DNA from: Lytechinus pictus
Lineage: Eukaryota
Direction of reading: 5' to 3'
DNA length: 64,000 nucleotides
Assembly: GCF_037042905.1 (NCBI RefSeq)
Contig: NC_087256.1
Location: forward strand, 25,606,001 to 25,670,000
Numbering within the stretch: the stretch's first letter is position 1; the number at the start of each line of letters is the position of its first letter. Shown here piece by piece: positions 50,812 through 62,798 of the stretch. A model generated the notes under the pieces. The model was not told where the DNA came from. It saw only the letters and a program-made list of their open reading frames with translations, and made no database searches. A program made the position numbers and the translations under genes.

Positions 50812-52129
50812 CAGGATGTGCATATGACTGTTTTTTTTTTAATGAAGCAAAATTTAAAAATGTCATAACTTTCTTATTTTACATCCGATTTTAATGAAGT
50901 TTTCAGTGTTATGCACTTATGCTTGTTGGATTTTTCTATATTTATTTAATTAACAACGGAAACTTAAATCTCGTTGCCCCAGTGAAGCCAGTGATCCAAT
51001 CGAGGGGCTCGATCCTTGGCGCCCCTCGGGAAGGACAGCAGGGTATAGGCCTAATTGCCTCTTAGATATAAGTTGTCGAAAAGCAGTCGAAAACAGTATT
51101 GACGTGCAGGATATAAAAGTACGATCCTCAGCCCCGCCCTCACGGCTATGGTGATAGTGTTCTGAAAGTAAAAAAAAAGTATACACACAAAAATAATTTA
51201 TTGACCCTTTTTATTGTTACATAATTATGGCGTTGGGACATTATCGGCAGAAATTGAGTTGAGAATAGGCTGCTCCACTGTTCTTCCTTTTGTAAATATA
51301 TCAATACATTCCTTTTCATTTTTTCTTCTAAAATCAAATTCCCTCTTTTTTTTATCATGCTGTACACAACAGATTACTTTACATATACAAGAAACCCTAC
51401 ACACCAATGCAACAATATGCTATGAAGAAGTACACTTTACTTAAAAAATGTCTCAATATGAGATTACAAAAATATCGATCTCAATTAATGTCTATATATT
51501 TCCATGCAGTTTAAAGTGTTTAAATAACATAAATGTTATAGTCAATCATCCTCAACTTTAGCACAATGATAGATTTGTACGTAGCACGTACCACATCTTT
51601 TACTAAACTACTGTCACTCTTACTGTGAATTAATGGGATTATTTGAAAAAAATAAAAGAATATCAGGGAATTCCGTTACATACATGTAGCTTAATTTTAG
51701 CTATATATATACACATGAAATACGAAAATAAGGTTTTCACCTAAATTTGTAGGTCATTTTTGACAAGCAAAAAAAAGGGTTTTCTATTTCAAAGGGGGGG
51801 GGGGCACACTTGGGTAAAAACGGTATTTTTACATTACAAATTTTGATTACGGCTCTCAAAGGGGGGGGGGGGAGGGGCACTTACCAGCTGTGCCTCCCTG
51901 GATCCGCCACTGGTGGTTGTCAAAGAAGGAAGAAAAATAGATTATCACTAGAAAATAGTAGAATAATGGCATAAATAATAGGCCCCCAATTGTAATTTTT
52001 TCCCTCCCCATGATGATAAAAACTGTTTTATCCGACAGTTATTATCATAGCAACGCGTGTTTCTCAGCCAATCAAAATCAAGGAAAATTGTCAGATTCTA
52101 CAACTTGGCTGACGCGTAATGTTTATGAC

Positions 52130-52640
52130 CCCCCCCCCCGAAGCTGATGATCACATGACCTGGCGCGGCATGTCAAAGGAACAGGGGAATCCCCTAAGCT
52201 CACTCTCGATCTCACCTCGCGGATATCGAATACATGCAGCTCAGCCTGGTACTGGACTACTGGTACCGCCTACCGGTAGTGGTAGGCAATTTAAAGCGGA
52301 ATGTCTTCTTCAGGAATATCCACGGAATCGCAAGAGACTTCGTAATCTGTGTAAGGGTTGCCTAAATAGAGCAAATACGTTGCGCCTTGATGACTTGAGT
52401 TGAGGGAAGGGTTTATATTTATTTTCCTCTATGAAAGGAGGTGATCGAGAACTCATCTCGAGCACATCCACTGCACAAGTGCAGCTGCACTTCCACTGAC
52501 ACTTGACCCGACCGCGACGGCGCGGCGTGACATGATCTGACTGAGCGCGGGCCTTGTGACTGTGTGGGGCGGTTTTGTGCTAGATCTGTTATTCTGTATC
52601 AATACTATCACTATTCTAATTATAGATCTGATGGGTAATG
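52130..52640 (+). promoter_or_regulatory. Likely TRUB1 promoter / non-coding first exon
   Basis: CpG-rich patches (GGCGCGGC, GGGGCGG) upstream of a strong acceptor (poly-T + CAG at 53541-43) that precedes the ATG exon. Confidence 0.4.
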
Positions 52641-52859
52641 TTTAAATGAAACACACAAAAACATTTTGAAATATTGTTTAGAAATTTCTAATTTTAAATG
52701 ATGACGGTGAGGTGTCTGCATGGGATTTATTTTACATTACAATTTCTGACATTTTTGCTGAGCTGTTTCAGCGGAACAACCCAATTTACAGTATGATAGT
52801 TTTGAATGTTATTGATTAGATCTATAATGAATGTATAGTAATGATATTGATGATAATAC

Positions 52860-53475
52860 TGAAGGTCAAGTCCATCCCAGAAAAAAGTTGATTTGAATAA
52901 ATAGAGAAACATCAAACGAGAATAATGCTGAAAACTTCATCAAAATCGGATGGATAAAAATTTATGACATTTTAAAGTGTCGCTACCAATTTTTCCCAAA
53001 ACAGTTCTATGCTCAAATCAACTAGTGTGATAAAGATATGCAAATGAGAGAGTTGATGATGTCACTCACTATTTCTTTTTTTTTTTTTTTTTGAATTATA
53101 CAATATTTCATTTTTTATGGATTTGACAATTATTTACCATATCTAGCTTGTTTGAAAAAAAAAAATGTTAAACAATCAAATTCCACATTGTTAAGGGAGG
53201 AATGAATTTTTGCTCACATGGCAATGAGGAGAACATTCAAATATTTCATATAATAAAATACAAAAGAAAAATAGTGAGTGGGTGATGTCATCAGTCCCCT
53301 CATTTGCATACTGACCAGGATGTGCATAACTGTTTTGTGCAATTTAGCAAAACTTTAAAATTTCATAATTTTGTTTATTTCAGATCCGATTTTGATGAAA
53401 TTTTCAGTGTTATTCTTGTTTAATTTTTCTCTTTCTATTCAAATCATCTTTTGTTGGGGTGGAATTGTCCTTTTA
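52860..53475. mobile_element. Kolobok-like MITE
   Basis: AGGTCAAGTCCATCCCAG..TGGGGTGGAATTGTCCT. Same family as 35275 and 44647. Confidence 0.82.
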
Positions 53476-53672
53476 ACAATAATAATTTAAAGTTTACAAA
53501 GTCTAATCAGTTTTCATATAACTTTATCTTTTTTTTTTTACAGGCTATCTTTGACACTCCGTGTCAGTGGACGAGCTATTTAAGTGGTGTGAATACATGA
53601 ATAAGTGGTCAGTGAATCTATTGCGTGCTTGATGCATCTGATCGGAAGCGGCAAGCCGAAGCAAGGATATCC

Positions 53673-53854
53673 ATGGAACAAAACATCCTGATGCAGCTCT
53701 CAAAGTTAAATGGCCTATTTGCTGTGAGGAAGCCAATGGGTATCACATCGGCGAAGGTCGTAGGCAGAGTGAAGGCTGCGTTGCTCAGAGACCTCAAGAA
53801 TGCAGAAAAGACAGAGGGTCTGGGAGGAGATGGACAGGCTCAGAATGCTCAAGG
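53673..53854 (+). CDS. TRUB1: Pseudouridine synthase TRUB1 coding exon 1
   Basis: LNGLFAVRKPMGITSA (TruB motif I). A phase-2 donor GG|GTGGCC is required to join the next exon. Gene model 53673-53854, 54383-54536, 55482-55563, 56566-56638, 57170-57309, 57692-57748, 58427-58581 (280 aa). Confidence 0.85.
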
Positions 53855-54382
53855 GTGGCCAAGATCTTTTATCATTATGGGGGGGGGGGGATGAGGGCAC
53901 TTGGCAATATCATGAATGACTAGAAAAATTATGTACAAGGATATAGCTTTTCTGGTTTAAATGCAATGTATGGGATGTTGAGGGTGTCAATTTTTTTTTT
54001 TTTTGTTGATTTTGTGCATTCAAGGATTCTTTGAATAGGGTTTGTAGATATAGGCCTACTTTAATAGAAAATTATTTTACAAATGAAAAAAAGAAAGTGT
54101 TTAGGGGTGTTTTGGGAGAACTGTGATTGTAGATATGTAAAGGGGTAGGTATAGTTGATTGCCCCTTCCCATATGCACAGCTCAAATATTGCTCTGAATA
54201 TGTTAACTTATAATATAATCAGAAAGTATTCTGATCCCGAGGCAAAACTCCGAGCTAATGATGGAAACAAATTTATTGAAAATGAGAACTAAAATATTGA
54301 ATAATCAATTTGTGTAATCATAATTTTTTTATTGATGAGGTTGTCTAACATTAAATTGTGTCCCATTTTTATTCAATTACAG

Positions 54383-54536
54383 TGGTTCATATACCCAACG
54401 AGCTGATGATCAGAAATGGATCAAACTCCCTAAAATGGGTCATGGAGGAACTCTGGATATGAACGCCACCGGTGTGCTCGTGATAGGATGTGGGAGAGGT
54501 ACCAAGTTACTCTCATCATTTCTTCAAGGAGGAAAG
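54383..54536 (+). CDS. TRUB1: TRUB1 exon with catalytic Asp
   Basis: [27 protein letters not shown] (TruB motif II). AG/GT flanks. Confidence 0.95.
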
Positions 54537-54547
54537 GTAAACATTAG

Positions 54548-54805
54548 ATAATAATTTTAATATAGGATATTTTTATAGCTCACATATCCACCTTGTTAGG
54601 TGCTCAAGGTGCTCCTATATTACCCAGGCTAAACTCGACAACCGATTCCAATGCTAACAGCTTTTTGAGGAATTACTTCCTGCCAGTGCCCATTCGCCTA
54701 ACCTGGGTCGAGTGCAGCACATTGTGGATCAATTTCATTCTGATGGAAATTATGTCATGGCTGTGGTTCGAACCCACGGCCCTCTGTTTAAAAGTACAGA
54801 ATTCA
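54548..54805 (-). mobile_element. tRNA-derived SINE, family B
   Basis: Similar to 39597-39895. B-box GGTTCGAACC. Confidence 0.7.
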
Positions 54806-55014
54806 CAAAGATGGTTTTGAATCTGCAGTTTGAAACCATGGTTTATTGCACATTTTATACATTAATTATGTATTTATGGTAATGAATATAGTGCACATAT
54901 ATATATATTGAGGAGGCATCCCATGCTGCCTGCTTAAAAGGTTAAAGCTTAAATGAGCCAACTGATTTGAATTGAAAAGTTCACTGTCACTGTTAATTAA
55001 TCTACAATATTCAG

Positions 55015-55330
55015 TGGCCTGTATTCTGAAGTCAGGTTTAACCTAGACCATGGTCTAACTCTGTTCTAAAATTATGGGGAGCCAAAAATTCAAAAATTAT
55101 GTTTATAATATTGTATATCTCTTTATGTTTACTACTTTTTTCCTGTTGCTTTCATAATGAAGAAAATACCTCAGAATACTTCAATAGACAATTATGAAAA
55201 ATTTGGGTGTCAAATGAGTTGATAAATAGGATGTGTACTGTTAGGGATTTGTGCCACAATTGGCTCTCTATCGTTAAACTACAACTTCAAACCAGAGTTT
55301 AATTTTAACCTGACTTCAGAATACGGGCCA
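55015..55330. mobile_element. Harbinger-like MITE
   Basis: TIRs TGGCCTGTATTCTGAAGTCAGGTTTAA / TTAACCTGACTTCAGAATACGGGCCA. Confidence 0.8.
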
Positions 55331-55481
55331 CTGTGAACAATTTGATTGATAAAATACAAGATATCAAGTATGCAGCTCAGTACCGAAACGCCTCGTCTCT
55401 CCATTCCATGCAACCATTTACAATATAACAATAATTCTAATTGAGACAAATAAATTTGTATTTCAATCTGGTTTACCTAAG

Positions 55482-55563
55482 GTGTATGTAGCCCAAGGAA
55501 GACTAGGCAAAGCAACAGATACGATGGATGCCTCTGGGAAAGAAGTCAAGACAGCAAAATTTG
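55482..55563 (+). CDS. TRUB1: TRUB1 exon
   Basis: VYVAQGRLGKATDTMDASGK, the TruB Y...LG..TDT.D..G motif. Confidence 0.94.
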
Positions 55564-55779
55564 GTAAGTTTATTTTTTTTTTAATTATCTCTCTTTATGC
55601 CCCGTAAGATGAAATCCAGAGGGGGCATTAAGCATGGCTAATGCACTTCCTCCTGTCCACCCATCTAATTCAAAATTCCTTTTCTTGACTTTCACGACTG
55701 TCCATTAGCTCCAGAATATATGACCTCCCTCATAGAACAACGATGTCTAAGTCCTGGCTTGTGCTCATCTGGCACGGGT

Positions 55780-56045
55780 GTCTCTGCTCATGCACCCATC
55801 ATACACCTAAAGGGATATGGAGACCATGCCCTTTCATCCATTGCTCCACGCTTTTGGAACCCCTCCCTTATTCGCCCTGTGAAATTGACAGCATTGAACT
55901 CCTCAAATTATGCTGCAAACTCAGTTACATGTATTTCAACAGATGCGTAGTAATGACTTTAATTGGATGAGCCTGCACCGGCCTATGAATGTTTTTAACA
56001 GATACATGGCACAATATAAATGATGTGGATCAATCAATCTATAAA
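55780..56045 (+). mobile_element. LINE (CR1/L2-like) 3' end fragment
   Basis: KGYGDHALSSIAPRFWN resembles the ORF2 C-terminal motif. TATAAAT..(TCAA)n tail. Confidence 0.55.
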
Positions 56046-56565
56046 TGTAGTTTCTATTTGTTCATTTTTATAAAATAGACTGAATTTCAGCCAAAGTTGG
56101 AAATACAATACTGTTTTATGAATTTTTAGAGAGCTGCTTAACAAGGCACATGTGTACTAAGATCATAATTTAGAAATATATTATAAAATGATATTGATAA
56201 TATGGCCGGGATCCAAAATCAAGTGCTTGGCTGATATCTCTAGAGTCATTTATTTTAGCTAACAGGAAAAATATGCTGGTGCTTATGACCAATTCTATTG
56301 ACCAGTCAATCTATCATGATTTTGAGACTGGGCGCATGGTTTACCAAATAACAAGGAACCACATCACTATCTTATAAAACAAATAATACACGTCAATTTG
56401 TCAAGCATTAGAAGAAATGCCCCGTTTGAAACAGTCCAAATGTCAAACTATTCCAAATAGTTCTAAGACATGCGTGTATAATTCTTACTAACGCCCTTGA
56501 TGACGTGTATTATATTTATATCATATTTGTATTATATTGATTACTGTATGCTTGCTGTTTTGCAG

Positions 56566-56638
56566 ATCATGTGACCAAGTCTGGGTTTGAGAAGAGTCTG
56601 GAAACCTTCCTTGGTGACATTCTTCAAGTTCCGCCCGT
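56566..56638 (+). CDS. TRUB1: TRUB1 exon
   Basis: HVTKSGFEKSLETFLGDILQVPP. AG/GT flanks. Confidence 0.93.
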
Positions 56639-57169
56639 GTAAGTACAAGTCTGTCTCAAGCTTAAGTAAATGTTCAGTGATGTGGATGTCTAGGCAGTAT
56701 CATCTAACGTTTTTACAAAGTGTATTCAAATTCATGGATTCGTTGTGACACTTTAAATTTTATTTTGAGGATGTTTAGCACCCTCTATCATTAATGAATT
56801 TTCTTTTAGAATGGGCGTGAGGGTAGTCTTAAGACTTATACCCTTTCACTCAAAGCCCAGATTGTATCATCTAGTTCATCAGAAAATAATGGTATTATTG
56901 ATATTTATAAAATTATTAAACATGCGTGGAAGCATGATATAAACATTTTATTCTTAGCAAATATTGTGCGTGTTATAAAGAGTAGCCTTAGTAGAAAATT
57001 ATTTGATTTTATTAGTTGTAATAAAAGACTGCAAATAAAGTATAGGCCTAGCATTCGAGATCAGGATCCAGCTACTATTTAAGTAGATTGGATCTTTATC
57101 TGGTGGTATTTAAAATAACTCTGGGGATCAAAAGAAGTTAAAACAGTGTAATCGCCTATACATTTGCAG

Positions 57170-57309
57170 TTATTCAGCTTTGAAGGTGGATGGGAAGCGC
57201 ATGTCTGATCGAGCAGCAAGAGGAGAGGATGTACTACCCAAAGCAGCCAGACCAGTCAAAGTGTACGATTTACAGTGCCTACGATTTCATCCACCGGATT
57301 TTGAAATAG
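57170..57309 (+). CDS. TRUB1: TRUB1 exon
   Basis: YSALKVDGKRMSDRAARGEDVLPKAARPVKVY. Confidence 0.95.
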
Positions 57310-57691
57310 GTAGATTTACCACACACACTTCCCTTAACCCGCCGAGACCGAGTCTTGGCTTTACGCAGAATTTTTACAGAAGGGGGGAGGAGACTGTAGA
57401 AAACAAGGGAGCAAATTAGCGACCAAGCTTGTCATGGGGGCACTTTTGCATTTTCTAGAATGAAAATGAAAGGATTTTGTGCACACTTTTGGTGAATTTT
57501 GTGAAAATTTTCAGTTTTGTAATGATACTTCTATATATAAATGTACAATTGATGATTATTTAGAATAAAATGAATTTGTATTTGAAATTAGGATTTTGAC
57601 TGTGTTCCATTATTGTATTTTACTGTAAGAGCTTTACATACATTCCATCAAATTAGTAATAACATTTTTTTTACCTTTTATTCTTGATTAG

Positions 57692-57748
57692 AAGTCCATT
57701 GCGGGGGAGGATTCTATGTGAGAAAACTAATCCATGATATTGGAAAGA
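57692..57748 (+). CDS. TRUB1: TRUB1 exon
   Basis: VHCGGGFYVRKLIHDIGK. Confidence 0.95.
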
Positions 57749-58426
57749 GTAAGTATACTAGTGTATTAACTTTTATCATTATAACGTTATGCTAAAAAGT
57801 GAGTGAACCCCCACCACATAATACACTCCTTCATGCTGACCCCAGAGTAACCGACCTTATTGAATGTAGTATTCTATCACCTGACTTCACAATTAAATAT
57901 AAAAAACATGGCAGAGCTTGAACACTTAAAATCTCGTCATTTTCTGGTAGGGTCAGTAATTTTTGAGCACCATTGTATATTATCTTGTATACATTTTTTT
58001 GCATCATCCTCTTTTCAATCCAGTTATCTGTTTATTTATGTCATACTGTGTTATATTTGAAAGAAGAAAACGCCCCCAAAAAGGATGAAGTTGAATTTTA
58101 AGTTTCATTGAACCATAGAGTCCTAATTCTCTACTTTTATGAAAGAATAATAATAAGGAAAGAAACTATACATAGAAACTGCACATAGTTTTGCAGGGGC
58201 CACTGAATTACTCTGAAAGGAGGGGAGAGGGGGGGGGGGATTCTGGACAATGAAAAAGCACAATGAAATGGTTATTTCTTATGTTTTTGTCCATGTTGCC
58301 CCTGTTGTATCAATTGCCTCCAAGACATGGGCCTTTTTTTTTTTTAAAGTAGTAGAATAACGGTAGTACAAGGCGAGGTGGAATGTTAACCATAAATCGA
58401 GAATCCAACATTTTCTTTTTCTTCAG

Positions 58427-58581
58427 GTCTCGGAACCTGTGCATTCATGACGGGGTTGTGTCGGACGAACCAAGGTTGCTTTCAGCTAGACCAGCATGCA
58501 TTGCCAGAAGAGAAATGGACATTGGAGGATATAGTAAAAGCCCTTGATGAATTTCATACCATGGATCCGGGTGTTAGGTGA
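58427..58581 (+). CDS. TRUB1: TRUB1 last coding exon
   Basis: LGTCAFMTGLCRTNQGCFQLDQHALPEEKWTLEDI..* with AATAAA at ~58679. Confidence 0.93.
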
Positions 58582-59289
58582 CCAAGCCCAAACAATGTAT
58601 GGACTCTAAACAGGACTGTAACACTTGCAGTTTGCCAACCACTTATGAGAGCAGACTGAACGAGAGACGTCTTCTGGTAATAAATTTACACCTTTCGTGC
58701 AATCTTTGAATGGTCCAGGAGAGCGTTTCATGATAGGACATGTCGGACGTTTTATATGCCAAGCTGAAGTGTTCTTGTCAAGCTCAACTTTTTAGAAAAA
58801 AACCAAAACATTTGTAATGTTATGTATATGAAGGAAAAGGGACTTCCTCCTGTGGGCATCGACTCACTTATTTGCATTTCCGAAACAATGTAGATACACC
58901 TGTACTTTGAAAATAATTTTTAAAAGGATTTTGTAATTTTAAACTTTTTTTTTCAATTTTGATTTATTTCATTGACTTCATTGTTCTGTATTTTTCATTT
59001 ATTTTGCTACTACTATTGAAAAATAGAATTATAACAGTTTCCTTCACTGATTATTTCTCCTTTTTTATCCCTCATTTACTCGCAAATTCCTCGTCTCTTA
59101 ATCTATTCCTCACTTTCTCTATTTTGTGTATGTTATCCAGGTCCCCTCCTTCGTAACTGCCGATCACTCTCTTTCCCAGATTCTACCTCCCTTTGTTACT
59201 CTTTCTCACTTGAAATCCATCTCTTTCCCTTTCTTTTATACTTCATTCTTATTATTCCATTGAATTATGTCACAGAATTTAGGGTATTG

Positions 59290-59833
59290 TAATCAAAAGA
59301 TAAAAATCAAACAAGCATAACGCAGAAAATTTGAAAAAAATCAGATGTAAAATAAGAAAGTTACGACAATTTAAAGTTTCGCTTATTTTTCACAAAACAA
59401 TTATATGCACAACTCAGTGACATGCAAATGATGTCCCTCACTCACTTATCTTCTTTTTATTGTTTGAATTATATAATATTTCAATTTTTACAGATCTGAC
59501 AATAAGGACCAACTTGACTAAACCATAAAATGTTAAAACAATGGTAATTCGACATGTTCAGGGAGGAATTAAACTTTTTTCCACAGTATAACAGGGAGAA
59601 ATTGGAATATTTCAAATAATAAAATACAAAAGAGATAGTGATGTCATCGGTTCCCTCATTTGCATACCGACCAGGATGTGAATATAACTGTTTTGTGAAA
59701 TTAAGAGAAAAATAAAAATGTCATAACTTTCTTATTTTACATCCGATTTTGATAAAATTGTCAGTGTTATTCTTGTTCGATTTTTCTCTTTTTATTCAAA
59801 TCAACTTTTTGTTGGTGTGGACTTGTCCTTTAA
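59290..59833. mobile_element. Kolobok-like MITE (left end eroded)
   Basis: Family body and GTGGACTTGTCCTTTAA end. Confidence 0.8.
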
Positions 59834-60082
59834 TACAGCTATTTTTGGCACATTTGTGTGCTTCAATACATGCAATGGTGCTGAATAAAGCTTGCCATTC
59901 CTTTACAAAGGGAGTTTACTGGTACCCAAAATATTTGTCACTGTATTTCATTTTAACATGGAAATTTGCTTTTCTTGAACCTTCACTTGTTTTCAGTCAT
60001 AGAGGGCACTCCATTGCGCTATATGTAATTTATGCATGGCTTTATAAATACATACCATAAAATATGGCAGGTTGATGACCAG

Positions 60083-60238
60083 GGACCCCGTTTCATAAAG
60101 AGTTCAACTGTTGTATCTTTGCCACTATGGCAACTACCATGGTAACCTTGATTTTGATTGGCTGCTGAGCCATGTTACCATGGTCGTTGTCATAATGGCA
60201 AAGTTACAACAGTTGCTAGTCCTTTATGAATCAGGCCC
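60083..60238. mobile_element. Harbinger-like MITE (ACCATGGT-rich family)
   Basis: CCCGTTTCATAAAG / CTTTATGAATCAGGCCC. Relatives at ~27078-27217 and ~61510-61669. Confidence 0.7.
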
Positions 60239-61044
60239 CTGGACTAGCTCACCTTTTCTTGCCATTTTGATATTGCATATCAAAATAAGCAGCGACACAG
60301 ACACTTACAGGTTCTAAAAATCATAATGCCTCAACCAAATCCAAGTATATTGTACATCTCACCTGAAAATAATACTTCACACCCAACAGAGCTCTTTATT
60401 AATCAACAAAATGGTTAAAACCTGCTTGATGGAAAATAATCAACGCTAAATGCCGAAGGGATTCTCATCCATGTGTATTACAATTATTATTGATGGATAG
60501 ATTTGAATTTTCGGAATTATGAAGAACAGTTTATATACCCCTCTACTGACATAATTCAAATAAAAAATATAAATACAAGTAATACTACTGATTCTGCTGT
60601 AATTTCTTTACAATAGATAAAAATAAAAAAACAGAGACCAGTCAGGCTTTTATTTACATGTACATATGTTACATCTTTTATTAGAACAAAAATATTGATA
60701 AGAAGTAAATGTCATACAAAAGGTGTTTCCATATACATAATACACCCTATAAAGTAAAATTCAAGACCAGAAAATGGTTAAGTGATCATATACAGTACAA
60801 TAATTTCACTATGGCTTTCCTTGTCCCATTGTTTTGTCTATGGAGAATGGAAGAAGTAATAAAGACGACGCTGAGTAGGATCTTGGATTTCCTGCGTAAA
60901 GACGCTTTTTAATGTGGTTCAGAATTGTGAACCTGTTGACTACTAAATTCTTTTATGCCCATAGACAATCTACACAGACGAACTGGTTTCAGTAGTCAAC
61001 ATGTTGAAGGCACCACAGACTTACAACAAAAAAATTTACTCTGA

Positions 61045-61156
61045 AGCCCCAGTGACACCAGCGAAACTAATCCGGACCGACCTAAGCTTATATACATCAT
61101 TTCCCATGACATATCATTGGTCATTTAGGGATCGGTTTCGTTTGTGTGACTGTGGC
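61045..61156. repeat. Short inverted repeat (MITE remnant)
   Basis: GCCCCAGTGACACCAGCGAAACTAATCC versus the reverse complement of GGATCGGTTTCGTTTGTGTGACTGTGGC. Confidence 0.6.
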
Positions 61157-61261
61157 ATATGAAAGCATCAGCTGTTCTGCAAAATACGAGGACAGGTAAC
61201 TCCCTAAGTCGACCTTCCATAAGATGAATATTTGCTCAATTTGAAGTAACTTTTAGACCTG

Positions 61262-61389
61262 GGGCCCGTAACACACGATAAGCAATGATCGTACAACATT
61301 TATCTACGATTGATTCCATTGACTATAATGTACAATCAATCGTGAAAATCAAGCGTACGATTAATTGCTAAGCTTTGTGTGACGGGACC
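61262..61389. mobile_element. Harbinger-like MITE (GGGCCCGTAACACA family)
   Basis: Closely similar to the 50683-50811 copy. Confidence 0.85.
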
Positions 61390-61900
61390 CAGATTATTCA
61401 ATACATGTGTATAATACCTCTTCGAAGTCAAATTTCTCCCATGTCGAACAGATTTCTGTGGTTGCAAATGATTTAGGCAGAGTAAGTTGTTAAGTCATTT
61501 TAACACCTGGGCACCGTTGCAGAAAAGTTACCATTATTGTAACTTTGCCAACCAATTGTAACTTGCATTGAATCCTTGATTTTGATTGGCTCTTGATCAG
61601 CGTTATTACCATGGTAGTTACCATCGGATGGTAAAGTTATCAAAGTAGTAACTTTTATGTGACGGGGGCGTGAATGGAACATGAATGATGGAGTCCAGCT
61701 TAATGACCATGAAAATATAAATAAGTCCTTTCCATTTTGCTACTTTTATGAATTCTCTCAAATGATCAGACTTTGCTTCAATGTTATCCTATCATGATTC
61801 CACAAATTTTATCTCAATGAGATCAGCTTGGAATGAGTCCATGATTTCTTGATAGTTCTATCTGTCGAGTCCTATATTATGACCAGAATGTCTTCTCTTC

Positions 61901-62026
61901 TCAGATTGGAGGGGGTAGAGCCTTCACTAGATTATGGCATTCCTTGTAGCTGTCTTCATAGTCTGCATGCTTCTTCACTAGGATGCAGCATGTCGCCCTC
62001 TTTGCCCCGCTTGAAGCTCCCAAGTC
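61901..62026 (-). CDS. NHP2: H/ACA RNP subunit NHP2, last coding exon
   Basis: Manual translation DLGASSGAKRATCCILVKKHADYEDSYKECHNLVKALPPPI*. TAG acceptor, phase 0. Confidence 0.93.
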   Translation of the reverse strand, partial: DLGASSGAKRATCCILVKKHADYEDSYKECHNLVKALPPPI

Positions 62027-62692
62027 CTAAAGAATGAAACAATTTATCGACCGTGAGAATCAACAAGTGAAAGTTGGACATGAAAAGAAACTTGTGATCA
62101 ATTTTTCCAATGCACATCAAATTTTTCCAGAGATGCCACTTTGAATTCATAAAAAAAAGTCTGAATATCCTCACGAATGATCATACACACACAATAATGT
62201 GTTTTCTATGGTTGAAAATAAGTTGATTAAGTCTGAAAAGCGGCATTCTTGATTATTTTTCATCAATAGCTGGTCTGCTTTTTTCATGATAAATTATGGA
62301 GTCAGCTCTTGTATGTAATCAATTGTAAAGTTAGAACTGATATTCACAATTGCAAATTCCTTTTATTTCTACACATGAATTTGATTGCAAGTGTGTGTGT
62401 GTGTGTAAGAAGTTTCTTAATCAAAATCATATGTGCAAGTTTTCTTTCATACAGAATGGAGTATTCTCATTGATGAACTATCCCACACTATGTGTAATTT
62501 TGCCCTGTAAAGTAAACCATGTTCTAGGGTCCACTCAAAATGTGGACTCATCGTGACACGGATATCACAACAAGGTAGAACAATGTCAAAACTTCTTCTA
62601 GAGTCCATAAAGAATTTGAACTCACTATTATGCTCATTCAATATTCTAAACTTGTTTTCTCGTAATATAAACAGTAACAGATCTATACTTAC

Positions 62693-62798
62693 AGATTTTG
62701 AAGGTACATAGGCATAGGGCATATCCAGGTCTTCGCAGACACCGGGCAAATGACACATAACTTCAATGGGTGTTACATCTCCAGCAAATACCACGAAA
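62693..62798 (-). CDS. NHP2: NHP2 penultimate coding exon (L7Ae family); upstream exons lie beyond the window
   Basis: FVVFAGDVTPIEVMCHLPGVCEDLDMPYAYVPSKS. 106 nt, CAG acceptor and GTAAGT donor. Confidence 0.94.

Larger units (their letters stand above)
47501..50950. mobile_element. Nested TE stack: Kolobok-like MITE split by later insertions
   Basis: Left part 47501-47612 and right part 50399-50950 together match the ~600-bp family. Confidence 0.75.
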
